Source: Lama glama (taxonomy: Eukaryota). Taken from it: a DNA stretch of 64,000 nucleotides. Numbering within the stretch: the stretch's first letter is position 1; the number at the start of each line of letters is the position of its first letter. Under the pieces are notes generated by a model that had not been told where the DNA came from, ran no database searches, and saw nothing but the letters and a program-made list of their open reading frames with translations. The position numbers and the translations under genes are program-made. Positions 13,340 through 25,168 of this stretch are shown here, piece after piece. The stretch covers positions 97,094,001 through 97,158,000 of the forward strand of contig CM052817.1 of NCBI GenBank assembly GCA_028534125.1, given 5' to 3'.

Positions 13340-13400
13340 AGCATGCATGAGGTCCTGGATTCAATCCCCAGCACCTCCGTTTAAAAAGAAAAAAAAAAAA
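13340..13400 (+). mobile_element. 3' half of a Vic-1-like SINE (split by inversion)
   Basis: agcatgcatgaggtcctggattcaatccccagcacctccgttt followed by poly(A); no 5' head. Confidence 0.85.
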
Positions 13401-13514
13401 CAATTATGCTAGAGTTTTCAGGGGCATCAACAAAGTGCCTTATGAGAAAGAGGTGCTCAGTTTACCATAGCAGGAAGGAAGGAGGCTCACAGAGAGCTGG
13501 CAGGGACTGACCTG

Positions 13515-13566
13515 AGGACCTCGTGCACGCTAAGCAAGCTCTCTACCACTGAGCTATACCCACCCC
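13515..13566 (-). mobile_element. 5' half of a Vic-1-like SINE (split by inversion)
   Basis: Minus strand reads ggggtgggtatagctcagtggtagagagcttgcttagcgtgcacgaggtcct, then stops; no 3' half or tail. Confidence 0.85.
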
Positions 13567-13708
13567 GCCTCTTGCATAATTCTCAATAATCATTTTATTG
13601 ATTTGCTCCATGATTTCCTATCAGGAACACAATAGAGGGAATTTGGGCACATTGTTAATGAGAACCATGGGTGATGATACTTCTAAGGTCTAAGAGATAA
13701 AGAGAGTA

Positions 13709-14700
13709 TGTTTGATTCCTAGGGCTGCTATAACAGAGTACCACAAACTGAATGGTTTAAAATAACAGAAATATACTCTCTCACCGTTCAAGAGGTAAGG
13801 CCCAAATTCAAAGTGTCAGCAGGGCCGTGCTCCCTCTGAAGGCTCTAGGGATGGACCCTTCCTCGCCTCCTCCACCTCCCGGTATTTCCTGGCAGTCCTT
13901 GGCTTGTACACGCATCAGTCCATTCTGTCTCCATGGTCACATGATCGTCTCCCCTGTATCTGTCTTCACATGGCCATCTTCCCTCTGTGTCTTTGTTTTC
14001 TTGTAAGGGTACCAGTCATGTTGGATTAAAGGACCAGCCTGCTCCACTGTGGTCTCACCTTAACTTGTGACATCTGCAGTGACCTTATATCACATGACCG
14101 CTGTGTTAAACACATCCTTTTATTCTGATGTTTGGATATCCAAGGCCTTAATGACCCTGGGGAGACTGCCCTTTCCAGGGCTAACCAACTCCTAGAGATA
14201 GGAAACCTGAGTGCACTTCCCATATGCAGACTAACCCATCCAGAGCCCACTTTCCCTCCCCTGACCCCATCCTTCCGGTTCTTACCCTCCAGACTAATAT
14301 TCTGTTGCTTTAACCACCTCAGGGCCGGGTACCGGATAATCAGGGACCCTCTCTACACCCAGCAGTCCTAAGCCAGCTGAAAAAACTCACACCACCAGTG
14401 CTAAGCCTGCCTGCCCTGCCTTGCCCGCTCCTTCCCGTGGGTGCTGCAGCTAAGCCTCTTGCCCGAGTTCTCTCCTTGCCTGTTGCCCCCTGACCCCTCC
14501 CGGTGCTTCCCTGTGGCCCTGCCTGGCATGCCTGCTGTTTCTGGGGGCGCGTGAGGATACACTTCCTCCTTCATCACAGTCGTTTCTGTGTCTGCATGTC
14601 CTACCATACCTGATGGCAGCAGGTCCCCGGTACATTTTAAAACACTCACATTCTGAGATACGAGGTGGTTATTGTTTTGGGTGATAAAATTTAACCCCTA
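13709..14700 (-). mobile_element. MLT1 (MaLR, MLT1C/D-like) LTR interrupted by a second LTR
   Basis: cctagggctgctataacagagtaccacaaactgaatggtttaaaataacagaaat...ccagtcatgttggattaaagg; resumes at ~14645 with tcacattctgag. Confidence 0.75.
14103..14644 (+). mobile_element. MER54/MER74-like ERVL LTR nested in MLT1
   Basis: tgtgttaaa...gaccctggggagactgccctttccagggctaaccaactcctagagatag...ccggtacattttaaaaca, with TG...CA termini. Confidence 0.65.
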
Positions 14701-15091
14701 AGTGGGAGGAACTTCTTTGCTAACATTTTATTGGCATCCCCTGATGGGGCAGGACCCGGCAACTAGACTCCTCCAGTGAGTGAGGAGCAGGCTGGAAGGG
14801 CAACGAGCCAGAGGGAGAGGCTCTGTCCCAGATCTGTTCTTAAACGTCAGCTGAGGAAAGGCAGTGACTGCAGCTGCGCCGAAATGACCTCATAGGGGAG
14901 GCATAGAAGATTAATAATAGGGACAAAGATGGATTTTGTTTTTTTTTCTGAAAGGTGGCAAGATAGGTGTAAATTCTCTGTTTGAAGATTTAACAGATGA
15001 CCTGTTGTAATTGTTTGTTTTTCGGGATATATTTGATTCTGAGTTCTCTGCTAACTATTTTTTTCCTTTTTCTTTTTTTTTCCCCCTAAAG

Positions 15092-15197
15092 AAAGCGGCA
15101 GCCCAGAATCGCGTGTTAACGCTATCCATTTCTTGGTACACAAACTGCCGGAGAAAAATAAAGAAATGCTGGATATTTTGGTGAAACACTTAACTAA
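15092..15197 (+). CDS. ARHGAP10: ARHGAP10 internal coding exon (106 nt, probably exon 17), RhoGAP domain
   Basis: Long polypyrimidine tract ending ccctaaag|aa, donor taa|gtaagc. Translates (K)[34 protein letters not shown](N). Phase 1-2. Missing from the ORF track because it has no start codon. Confidence 0.96.
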
Positions 15198-15641
15198 GTA
15201 AGCCTCCCTTCCTTCCTTCCTTCGTTTTGCTCTGGGTGCTGTGCAGTGGTGTTGAATCTGGATTGCTTGGAAGTGGGGCTGCGTACACAGGACCAGGGAC
15301 CACACCTGCAAGGGCAGGCTGGACACTTGACTCACTGTGTGTGTTTTGGACAGGAGTGGTGAAATGCGATGCTTTCACAAAGTCATATAATTATTTGCTT
15401 AACATCGCTGCCAGCAACTCAGGGTTTGAGTTGAAGTAAGAAAAGAGAACATTATACGTTTCCCTGTGCACAGATTCTGGAAATGCGATTATAAGTCTGT
15501 TAGCAAATTTAGCTTGGTTTCACACCTTCCCAACTCTAAGTCTGAACATGTCCTTTCAGTGAGTTTAATCCGGTAATAGGTAGTTATTTTGTAGGATCCA
15601 TTCTGTTCCTTTCATTACTCCTTTAAAAAGCAAGCAAAATC

Positions 15642-15762
15642 GAATGGCCTGTAATGAAAAAGAACAAGGAAAGGAATATGTTTGTGTGCATATATATAAA
15701 TAAATGAATCACTATACTGCACACCAGAAATTAACACATTGTAAATCAACTATATTTCAATG
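15642..15762 (+). mobile_element. 5'-truncated cetartiodactyl-type L1 3' end with 17-bp TSD
   Basis: ...tgaatcactatactgcacaccagaaattaacacattgtaaatcaactatatttcaat. Identical TSD aaaaagcaagcaaaatc at 15625-15641 and 15763-15779, preceded by a TT/AAAA endonuclease site. Confidence 0.88.
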
Positions 15763-15967
15763 AAAAAGCAAGCAAAATCTGATTAATTCAGTGGAGAAAT
15801 TAGCTCTTTCTTCAAATATAAGTGACTCCTAGATCACAATAACTGTAGAATTTTAGAGGTGAGAGGAAGCTGAGGAACGCTGTGTTTTAGAACCTTTATT
15901 TCATGTGAAAAAGAAACAGAAAGCCAGACGATATTATGGCCTCCCAAGGGTCCTACTATCAGTATCA

Positions 15968-16300
15968 CCATTCATTCATTTGGTCAGCAAATAGATGTTG
16001 AATGCCTCCTTAAGGTACTAGCTGATACAAGGGCACATAGCTGAACAAGATAGACAAAGTCCCTACTTTCATGAAGTCCCTTCTTTCTAAGAGGGAAAAG
16101 ATCATAAACAGATGACAAATAAAAATAGAGAATGGTTTCAGGTGATTAAATGACAAAAAGATGAAGTAGAATGAGGGATAAAGAGTATATATTGAGTGTG
16201 GGACTACGAAGATGGTTATGGAAGGTCTCTTCGAGGATGCGACCTTTTGAGTTGAGACCTGAATTAGGTGTCAGGGCTGCTAAGAACAGTTGTCCAGGTT
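15968..16300 (+). mobile_element. L2 fragment
   Basis: cattcattcatttggtcagcaaatagatgttgaatgcc...gaacaagatagacaaagtccctac...gagttgagacctgaa. Confidence 0.65.
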
Positions 16301-16751
16301 GTTCACTGCACAATGGTACTGGGCCCAAAGAGATGAGTGTGGGTGTTCTGACCAAACTCTGTGTGCTTGTGAGGGTAATTTTGACAAACGTACCATGTGG
16401 TCTCGTATTCCTTGGAAGCAAAGGGATAATGATCTGGGGAAAGAAAGGATGTTCGAAGTAAATTGGAAGAGTAAATGAAGTCCGTCAGGGACCCAAGCTT
16501 AGCATATACATGAGATTATTAAAAAAGACATATGGCTAAGCAGAACATCAAAGAAAGGGAAGTAGGAAGGTAGGCAGGGACCTCCTGACCTAGGGCTTTG
16601 TCAGATCCGGGTACTTGAGTGGCAGATATAGAGAACAGTGGTGTCTGACCCCTTGTTTTTAGGGGAATACAGAGTTGTAGAGTATTGTACTTTCCGTAGT
16701 TACTGCCCTTCTTTTAACCAAAGACCTTTCTTTTCCCCTCATCAATACTAG

Positions 16752-16911
16752 TGTTTCCAATCACTCCAAGCACAACCTCATGACCGTGGCAAATTTAGGA
16801 GTGGTGTTTGGACCAACTCTGATGAGGCCACAGGAAGAAACTGTTGCAGCCATCATGGATTTGAAATTTCAGAATATTGTCGTGGAAATTTTAATTGAAA
16901 ACCATGAAAAG
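16752..16911 (+). CDS. ARHGAP10: ARHGAP10 internal coding exon (160 nt, probably exon 18), end of RhoGAP domain
   Basis: Acceptor aatactag|t, donor aag|gtaaaa. Translates (N)[53 protein letters not shown], which contains the RhoGAP N-x-M...NL..vFGPTL motif. Phase 2-0. Confidence 0.97.
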
Positions 16912-17944
16912 GTAAAACTTCTTTTTGTTGTTGTTTTTTCCTTAAGGAAATTCCTGGTCTGGGCTCGTCTCCATGAGAGTTAGAGCTAAGTTCTCAGATT
17001 TTCCTTCTCTCTCTCTATTTAATTTTATTATCATGGTGGTGAGTGGTGACCTTCTGTCTTCTGATAAGAGTTTTTCCAGAAATCTGAAGCTTACCTGGTC
17101 GTCTGTTATCTCACTGATTTAAGGAGGAAATGTTTAATCCAGATGCAAATGAATATCAGCAATGTTATTGTTGATGGTTTTTGATGGCTTTGTTCCTATC
17201 CTTGGATTTCTCCCTCAAATTCTATTTTCTGTAACACATGGAAGATATTTCTGTCAATCTGTGTCTTATTCTCCCCAGAAAAACACACACAGCTCTCCCT
17301 CTCCGTACAGTTGTGTTAACGTCCTTGACTCTGGGGACTCTAGTTTAAGAATCTCTGGTTTAAAATGAATAATCTCTTAGGTAATGTATCTTGTTGTGTG
17401 TTTCTCTGTATTCAAGGGAATACACGATTTTTCAAAATACAGTAGACTCAAGACCTTTCACCCCCCCCATTCTGTTCATGTAGATCAGGACCTTTCTAAT
17501 AACTTTCCTCCATTCTCCTTCTGAGACAGGGAATTTGAAAACAGTTAAAATGCATGGACAACAGCTTGTTTATTATTATTTTGTTACACTGAGATTGCAT
17601 TATATGCCAAGCAGGCATGAGGTGCTGGGATATGAGGAAGAACATTACAGCCCCTGATGGTAAACAGGTTGCCGTCTGGGGGCTGGAGCCCTGTTCTGGG
17701 ACTTGTATTCCGTGCACACATGCTGGTCTAACGCCCTGTGTAATTTGCTTATTTTCCTAGTTGTTATGGAGTTCTCTCTCCTAGATCTTTGAGGGCAGAG
17801 ATCTTTTTGAACATTTAGAATAATACCTGGTACATGTTAGGTGCTCAGTTAGTATTTATTTGATGAATTAATGGATTCAGTGAAATTGAACGGGGTCGGA
17901 GGAGTGGGAAAGAGGCAGACAAAGGCAGGTGCAGTCCCTTTCTT

Positions 17945-18215
17945 TACTGATGTATAGTCAGGTTACAAGGCTGTGTTAATTTCTGATATACAGCTTAGTG
18001 GCTCAGTTATATGTCTGTATATATGTCCCTTTTTATACTTTTTTTTCATCATAGGCTATTACAAGGTAATGGATATACAGTAGATCCCCATTGTTTATCC
18101 CTTTTGTATATAGTGGTTGATGTCTGCAAATCTCGAACTCCCAATTTATCCCTCCGCCCCCCTGCCCCCCTTTCCCCCTGGTAACCTCAAGTTTGCTTTA
18201 TATGTCTGTGAGTTT
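17945..18215 (-). mobile_element. Cetartiodactyl-type L1 3' end, antisense
   Basis: tgtatagtcaggttacaagg...cccaatttatccctcc...tttccccctggtaacctcaagtttgctttatatgtctgtgagt. Confidence 0.8.
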
Positions 18216-20039
18216 CTGGGAGGTGGAGGCTGTTTGAGCAAAGCAATGCAAGGACATTTCTTGGATTCTTGCTGTGTTGGCTGTTTACTAGAGCCGTTCT
18301 AAGCTTGTGCGAACATCGATTCCCACTGAAAAGTTAAGCTTGGAACCTGGCCAGAGATTTTCTTTACCAGTATGGTAAAAAGCAGCTGGGGTATGGGTGT
18401 CAGACGTTTGTGGGTTTTTTGGCTTCTGTTTTTGTTTTTTGGCAGCTCGTGGTGAATTTCTGCCTCCTTTTGGGGTCCTGTCAAACTGTCATTCAGCATC
18501 ATTAGCGTGTTTGCTGAGCTGTCCAGACAGCTTCATGCAACGGTGGCTACTATACTTAGACTATTACCTTGAGACAATATTTAGGAGTGCAGTGCTCGTT
18601 AGACTAAATCCCAAGTGGAGAACTTTTACCCAATTTATTTGCGAAACTCCTGGCTCTGGGTCTTGCTCTCAGGTGAAAGACTTTCCATCTCAGGCTGAAG
18701 CTTCCTGTTTTCTTCTCTTATTTGAAGCTGAGGAGATAAGTACGTGGTTTTTCCTGCTGGGCGGTAGAGAAGGCGGCTCTCACCTTGTTACCAAATCCTA
18801 CAGGAACCTCCAAGTGGCATTGGCGAGCCAGTTACAATGGTTACACGGCACATGACACTGGACCCACTCTCTGAGATGGAGCTGAGCAGCCTCTCAGTTC
18901 CCCTCTTTCTTTCTGCGGCCAGGCTGGCTAGCGCTATGGGTGCACAACGGGTGTTAGGTGAAGTGCTGAGGTTTCCCACCAAGAGGAGGTGGGATACTGA
19001 GTTTCAGGTACTTCGCTGAGCACGTGGGCTTAGGTTTGGAAGCAGAGGGCTGCTTGGGGTGGAGGTGGACGGAGTAGCTGTTAGCTTAGGCTAGTGGACA
19101 TTTTTGAGAACTTAATTTCCCCACAACCTCTTTTTTTCCCCTCCGATCTCATCCTTGGCCATTTTGACTCTCACTCCCAGCTCTGTTCCTGCTTAACCAG
19201 ACTTCACCTCGGAGCCCAGGCTCTACCGTGTGGCAGAGAGTTTCTGCTGACAAGGGTGGTTGTGTGGAGACACTTCCCATGGATGCCTGGCCCTTCCCGT
19301 CCAAGCCAGAGGTTTCCTTGACGACCGATCCCCATGGACCACCCAAAGGAGCTTCCGTTTGCCTCAAACGTGGTGAGGCAGGGATACAGCTCCTCTTAAT
19401 GTTTGAGAACAAAAAGCAAAAGGACAGGGAGGAAGGATAGGAAAGGTTAAAAAGAATAGTCTTGTGAGGAAGGGGAAATTTTAATTCAAAACAGGAGGGG
19501 GGTGGCCCGAGCAGTGAAATGAAGAGGCTCAGTAGAGTTTGTGAAGGAGAGCGGAGCAGGGGAAATGACAATAGAAGGAAAATGTTTTCTTTTCCTCAGT
19601 TACTTATTTTTCTTCCCCCGGAATGTGAAAAACGTGAAGTCTGACCAGGAAAGTCACTAAGTCAGAAGAAGGAAACTTTCAACATGTAATTAAAGCAAGA
19701 AAGTGCCAGATTAAATTTGGAGTTAGAAAAAGACCCCTGGTTAATCTGCTTTGGAGATCACATTTTGTCCAAGCCTCTGCTGTTTTCATACAATCCATAC
19801 ATACCTTATGGGAAACTTAATCCATATGTTTTGGCTTCATGTCCACTCAGTACATTAAGATGTTGTTTTAAAAGAAGTTTTCCATGGGCCAAAAATATTA
19901 TCAAAGTCTTTCTTCCCTTGCAAACCAGAAAATTGCATTTCCCAGGTGGAAAGGGTACTGTGAAACTCCCAAGGATTTTCAAATTGGGGTTGAGCCATAA
20001 AATTTGTGTGTTTTGCATGAGTTTTGGTGTTATGATATA

Positions 20040-20359
20040 CAGTGGTCCCTTGGTATCTGTGGGGGATTGGTTCCAGTACCCCCTGTGGATACTAAACTCC
20101 ACAGATGCTGCAGTCCCTTATATAAAATGGCATAGTATTAGCATATACCCTGTTCACAACCCTCCCTCTCAGTTAAATCATCTCTAGATTACTTATAATG
20201 CCTAATACAATGTAAGTGGTATGTAAATAGTTGCCGGTGTGCGGCAAATTCAAGTTTTGCTCTTTGGAACTTTCTAGAACGTTTTTTGGTGGTGGTGGGG
20301 ATATGTTCTTTCCACCGTTTGTTGCATCTACTGACGCAGGACCCAGGGAGGGCCGGCTG
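20040..20359. mobile_element. MER2 (TcMar-Tigger) DNA transposon
   Basis: TA|cagtggtcccttggtatctgtgggggattggttccag...ggagggccggctg|TA, with TIRs and a TA target duplication. Confidence 0.85.
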
Positions 20360-20369
20360 TACCTGTTAT

Positions 20370-21180
20370 GGATTCATTCCGTGCATTTGTGATGAGCTCC
20401 TGCTCTGAGTCAGACCTGGTGTGAGATGCGGGAGAGGCAGAGGCAGGCTGGTGGGGAAAAGGAGCGATGCTGGAGAGGAGGCGCTCTCAGATATGCAGAG
20501 AAGGCTGCCGAGACTTCAGGGGGGCGTTTACATCCAACTGTGGGGAGTCTGGAGAGTTTCCTGAGTAGGTGATTTGAGTCAGCTTTAGGATGGAGTTGTA
20601 GCAGGTGAAGGGGTTTTAAGGGGACATTTCAGGAGTCAGTGTCTTCAGAGAAGCAGAGTTGGCGTACGTTCTGGAAAAGCTCCTGTTGGATCGAGGGTTG
20701 GGGCAGGAGGTGAGATGGGAAAGAGCCTTGGGCAGCTGTGGGGAGGTGGAGAGCGCTACCAGGGGGCTTTGGATTTAATTTTAGAGGCACCAGGGCCTCG
20801 CACGGTTTTCAGGTGAACTGCTTACTCTGGCAGCATGGTTTGCAGTAGCAAATAGAGGAATCAAAGGCCAGGGGAGAGGTCCTGTGATGTGGGCGTGAGA
20901 CTGGGGACGCAGAGGGGGAGAGCTTCGCTTGGTGAGAAGGAATAGACAAAACCCAGGCGTAGGATTTGTGGGGCATCGCAGAGGAAGGTGTTATAAATGG
21001 CGCTGAGTACTCAATCCCGGGAGTTTGTCTTGGTGTTATTAATGAAAGGAAGGAAAGGGAATTAAGAAGAGTTTAGTCTACAACATGCAGAATTTTAGTT
21101 GTTGTCTGAATATCCAGCAAGAGAAGCCCAGCGGACAGCTGGAATTGTGGGGCTCAACCTGAGGAGAAAATTTAGTGGTA
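20370..21180 (+). mobile_element. Degenerate L2
   Basis: attcattccgtgcatttgtgatgagctcctgctctgag...ggctttggatttaattttagaggcaccaggg, purine-rich and L2-like. Confidence 0.5.
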
Positions 21181-21879
21181 GAAAGTGTAATACATGGAAT
21201 AAGGACATGATACAGGTGTGAGAAAGAATGTATTGGTTCATTTACTATTTATTAGGGTATTTATCTCATGTGACACATGTGTGTGTAATCCCCGTTGCAT
21301 ACATCTGTAATGGTATCCTTATATATGTACAGAATTTTTTTTTTACATGTCTTATCCCTTTATAAGTATGAGAAAACTGAAGGGTGATAGAGCACTTGCT
21401 CACGGGCACACAGCTGGTAAGTGGCAATACTTGGGTCTGTGGTAAGGATTGTTCAACTCCAAAGCTTTTACTTTTCATCACTAGGAGAGAGTAAGAACCG
21501 TATTTCTGAGAAGCACTGAGATTTTACTCTTAGTGATAAAAGAGGAGGCAGGAGAAGCCCAGACAAGTTCGGTGTCAGGTGGTCGAGGGGCGTTGCTGGT
21601 GGTGCCAGGTGCTGTTCAGGAGATGGACAGGTATGGGGCCCAGCAGACAGCGTGTGTTCTCCCCGAGAGTAAAACGTCTGTTGAGAGCAGCTTGCAAGGC
21701 CTTGAGTGTTTAGGAATGAATGGATGATAAATAGTATGGATCTACTTCTGGCTTTTCCCGTTGGATGGAGGAATATGTGGGAGGAAGAGTCAGAGCAGAT
21801 GTGACGGGGGAGGGAAGGATGGAGTGGGACCCCTGCACCAGAGTTGTAGACCGCTCACTCATTGTTCTCATATGCTGAT

Positions 21880-22170
21880 CACCCCCATAATCTTAAATTT
21901 GTTTTCTATGTCTGTGAGTCTGTTTCTGTTTTGTAAATAAGTTTGTCTTTTTTTTTTTTTAAGATTCCACATATAAGTGATATCATATGGCATTTTTCTT
22001 TCTCTTTTTAGCTATTTCACTTAGAAGGGCAATCTTCAGGTCCATCCACGCTGCTGCAAATGGCATTATTTCATTTTTTTTTATGGCTGAGCAGTATTCC
22101 ATTAAATAAATATACCACAACTTCTTTATCCAGTCCTCTGTCGATGGACCTTTAGATTGTTTCCATGTCT
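21880..22170 (-). mobile_element. L1 fragment (end of ORF2 / 3' UTR), antisense
   Basis: Minus ORF 21983-22225 contains PSTEDWIKKLWYIYLMEYCSAIKKNEIMPFAAAWMDL, the C-terminus of L1 ORF2p. Confidence 0.9.
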
Positions 22171-24589
22171 GGGACTGACTTTCTGACCTGCACCCACCTG
22201 TCTTTGCCAAAAGCTGGAACAGCACGTCCCTGCTCCCAGGTTCATGGTGGGATGGACGCCCTGTTCAGTCCCCACTTGCAGGTCAGTGGCAGCCACATGT
22301 GGACCGTGTGTGATCTGGGCAGCCTGGCCTTCCATGCCCGTTGCTGCAGAAACGACACTCAGCCTCGCCCTCTGCGGGCTGGCCTCTGCTGCCCTTTAAT
22401 GCCAGCGAGGCCCAAGTGAGTTGTGTTACAAACCGTTTTCCGTTGAGGGCAAGGCACCTTCCTGTCTTAGAGCATGCTTGTCTTTTAATGGGAAGAAGAG
22501 TTCTTTTTAAAGAAGAACCCAGCCTGCAATGCATCTTGATTTAGCTTGGCTGGCACTGGGTTGCTAAGCCGCACCAGTTTCCGTGTGAGAGAGAAATAAA
22601 TGTCTTAAACAACAGCAACAGTGATAAAACTCCAGAGTTTCCAGAAGTCAGCGTCTGCCTGAGTGGCTGACCGTTCCACGTGGACCATCAATCCCTGATG
22701 AAGCAAGGATATCTGACCAATTTTCAGAGGGTGTTTTTATTTTTATTTTCTGCCCCTTCCAGTTTTCACGACAGTTGGCCTCTATGGCAGAACCTCTCAA
22801 ACTTACTTTACTGTTAGATTTTTTTTTTCTTTCTCAGCAGGGCCTTGCATTTTCTGGGGTGTTCAAAAAAGACAGTTTAAAAGCACAGAAAACTTTCTGT
22901 CTTTCTCCTTCCTTTAAGGGGAATTGGAAAATAATATTGACCGTGTCTTCCCAGGTCTGCTCTGTTCACTTAGCCACGGCATGGGACACTCTGCTTCGCG
23001 CTGTGCCGTTGCCCTGTAGATGGCAGACAGTATGTTCCAGTGGGACCAGAGTGGTTTGATGCGGGAAAATTTGGGAGACAAGGGTCTTGCATCCCGCAGC
23101 ATCTTAGGATCCAGTTGAGACAAAGCACTGAGTCTCTCCGGAAGAGTCAAGAGCTGCAGTCTAGTAAGGGGGGTAGACTTATTCTTTGTTGTCTAAGAAA
23201 GCGTGCTCGGTACAAGTGAGCAGAACTTGCCTGGAGGGGAGGTTTAGATTCAGCGGAGGGGACAACTTCATATTTTTAATCATGAGACTCTGCTCGTATT
23301 AGAGATGGGACTGGCGAGTTGGAGGGAAGTTAACCGATGTGTGACATCTGGCCCACTCTGAAGTTCTCTGCCAGGGTCTCTGGAGACACAGAGATGCAAT
23401 GACAGGTTCTCAGAGCACGTCTCAGCGCCTGGGACTTGGCGCTCTTTGGTATCTGTAGAATTAAAAGTGATGAGGACCAACGTGATCTTCTTGTTCACCT
23501 CCATTTATGTTGTTTGTATTCCCAGCAACACTGAGAGTACATGGAGGGGAAAATCAGAGTCTGAGAGTGCGAGGTGGGCGTGGGGGGTCTGAGCAGGTGG
23601 GCTGCAGAGGAGCGGCTGTGGGTGCCTTTCCTCAGGGGACTGCGGAATGGGGAGTGTTTGTGAGCTTGGCTTTTTGCGTGGACGAAGTGCCCCCTTTCAA
23701 CGTTTCTCTGTCAGATAAGGAAACCAGCTTTCAGAGCCGTCTCTTCCATCTCTCACAAGATAAACTTGAGAACAGTAGTGATTACAATAGCCAGGACTGG
23801 CAGAGAGGACTGGGCTCAGCTCCTTACCTGACCTTTTCTTGCACTATTCTGTAGGATTATCACGTAACAGAGCAGAGCAGGCTCCAAAGCGAAGTTCCTG
23901 GGGTTGGAATCTCAGCCCCACCAAGTTGTGTGGCCTCTGTGACCTGGGCCCCCCACTTAACCTCTTGTCTGCTCCATCATCTGTGAGGTCGGCATCGCTT
24001 AAGGTCTCTGTCCAGTGGAGACAGGAGGCAAGGATGCGGGGAGCTGCTTTATAGAGAAGGAAAACGAGGCTCAGGGAGGCTCTGTAACTTGCTGAGCCCC
24101 CATTGAAAGGTCTTCTGCTTAACTAATGAAAGGAGCCCCTTTCCATTGTTCTGCGACGTGCCACAGGGCCGGAGGGAGGAAATCCGTGAGGGGCCGATTG
24201 AAGACGGCGTCTCTGTCCCGGTCAGGTCTTCAGAGTGCAGCCTCGAGATCTCATTTGAAGTCTCTTGTGTTTCCCTGAAGTTAAAACCGTTCTGAAACCA
24301 CGCTGCTGCACTCAGTCAGTGATGACGGAGTGCGGACCATGGGCTAGGACCTCCGTACCTCTAGAATAGCCAACGCTCACGTCCTCCCCAACTGGCTAGT
24401 GAATATTAGCCAAACTAAAGATCGACAGTCTTAATTCACGGACACTGGGGCGTGAGTGTTCCATTTCTGCTGGGCTTCCGTTAATCCTCCAGTTGTCATT
24501 GGAACTAAAGGTGGGAGTGGGTAAAATGATGACTTGGTGAAGCAGCTACTACAGAGGGTCATCTGAGTAGAGATCTTCCCATGAAGTCG

Positions 24590-25168
24590 AACACTGGCCT
24601 CCCTGGGTGTGTCTGGAGTCCTCACACCGCCCCGTCTAGGGGTTTGCTGGAAGGACTCACGGGCGTCAGCGTGTATGGTACTCACTGGCTTGTCACCCCG
24701 ATGTGCTAAGAACACACAGGAGCAGATGACGGCACAGGTGGAGTCTGGAGGACTCACACGTAATTTTCCTCCTACTATCACCTCCCAGGAAGGGTCACAC
24801 ACAGCAGACTCTCCCCCCACCAGTGCCGAAAATATAGCCACATGCATATAATGTTTCCGTTCAGGGAAGCGCCTTAGAGACTCAGTGCCTGTTGGGAGAT
24901 GGTCATGTTGGCATCCTTTGCGGAGTGGGTATCAAAATTCTAGACTCCCAGAGGGAAAGCAGGTGTTTCACATAACTTGTGCACATGCACATTTGTGTGC
25001 AGACAGTTGAGGCCCAGTGGGCCCTCCCAGCCATTTAGGGAATGTTTTATATTGGTTGAGTTAACTTTATCACCCAAGTTCCCATATGCAAGCCAAGGGC
25101 CAATTTTGCAAGCAGGACTTTCTAAGGATGGCTGTCCCAGACCTGCTCTGTTTGCTGTTTTCTGTACA
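24590..25168 (-). mobile_element. MER68/MER77-like ERVL LTR
   Basis: cccaagttcccatatgcaagccaagggccaattttgcaagcaggactttctaaggat...ttttctgtaca is the reverse of the recalled tgtgcagaaaagagttaac... terminus. Confidence 0.7.
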
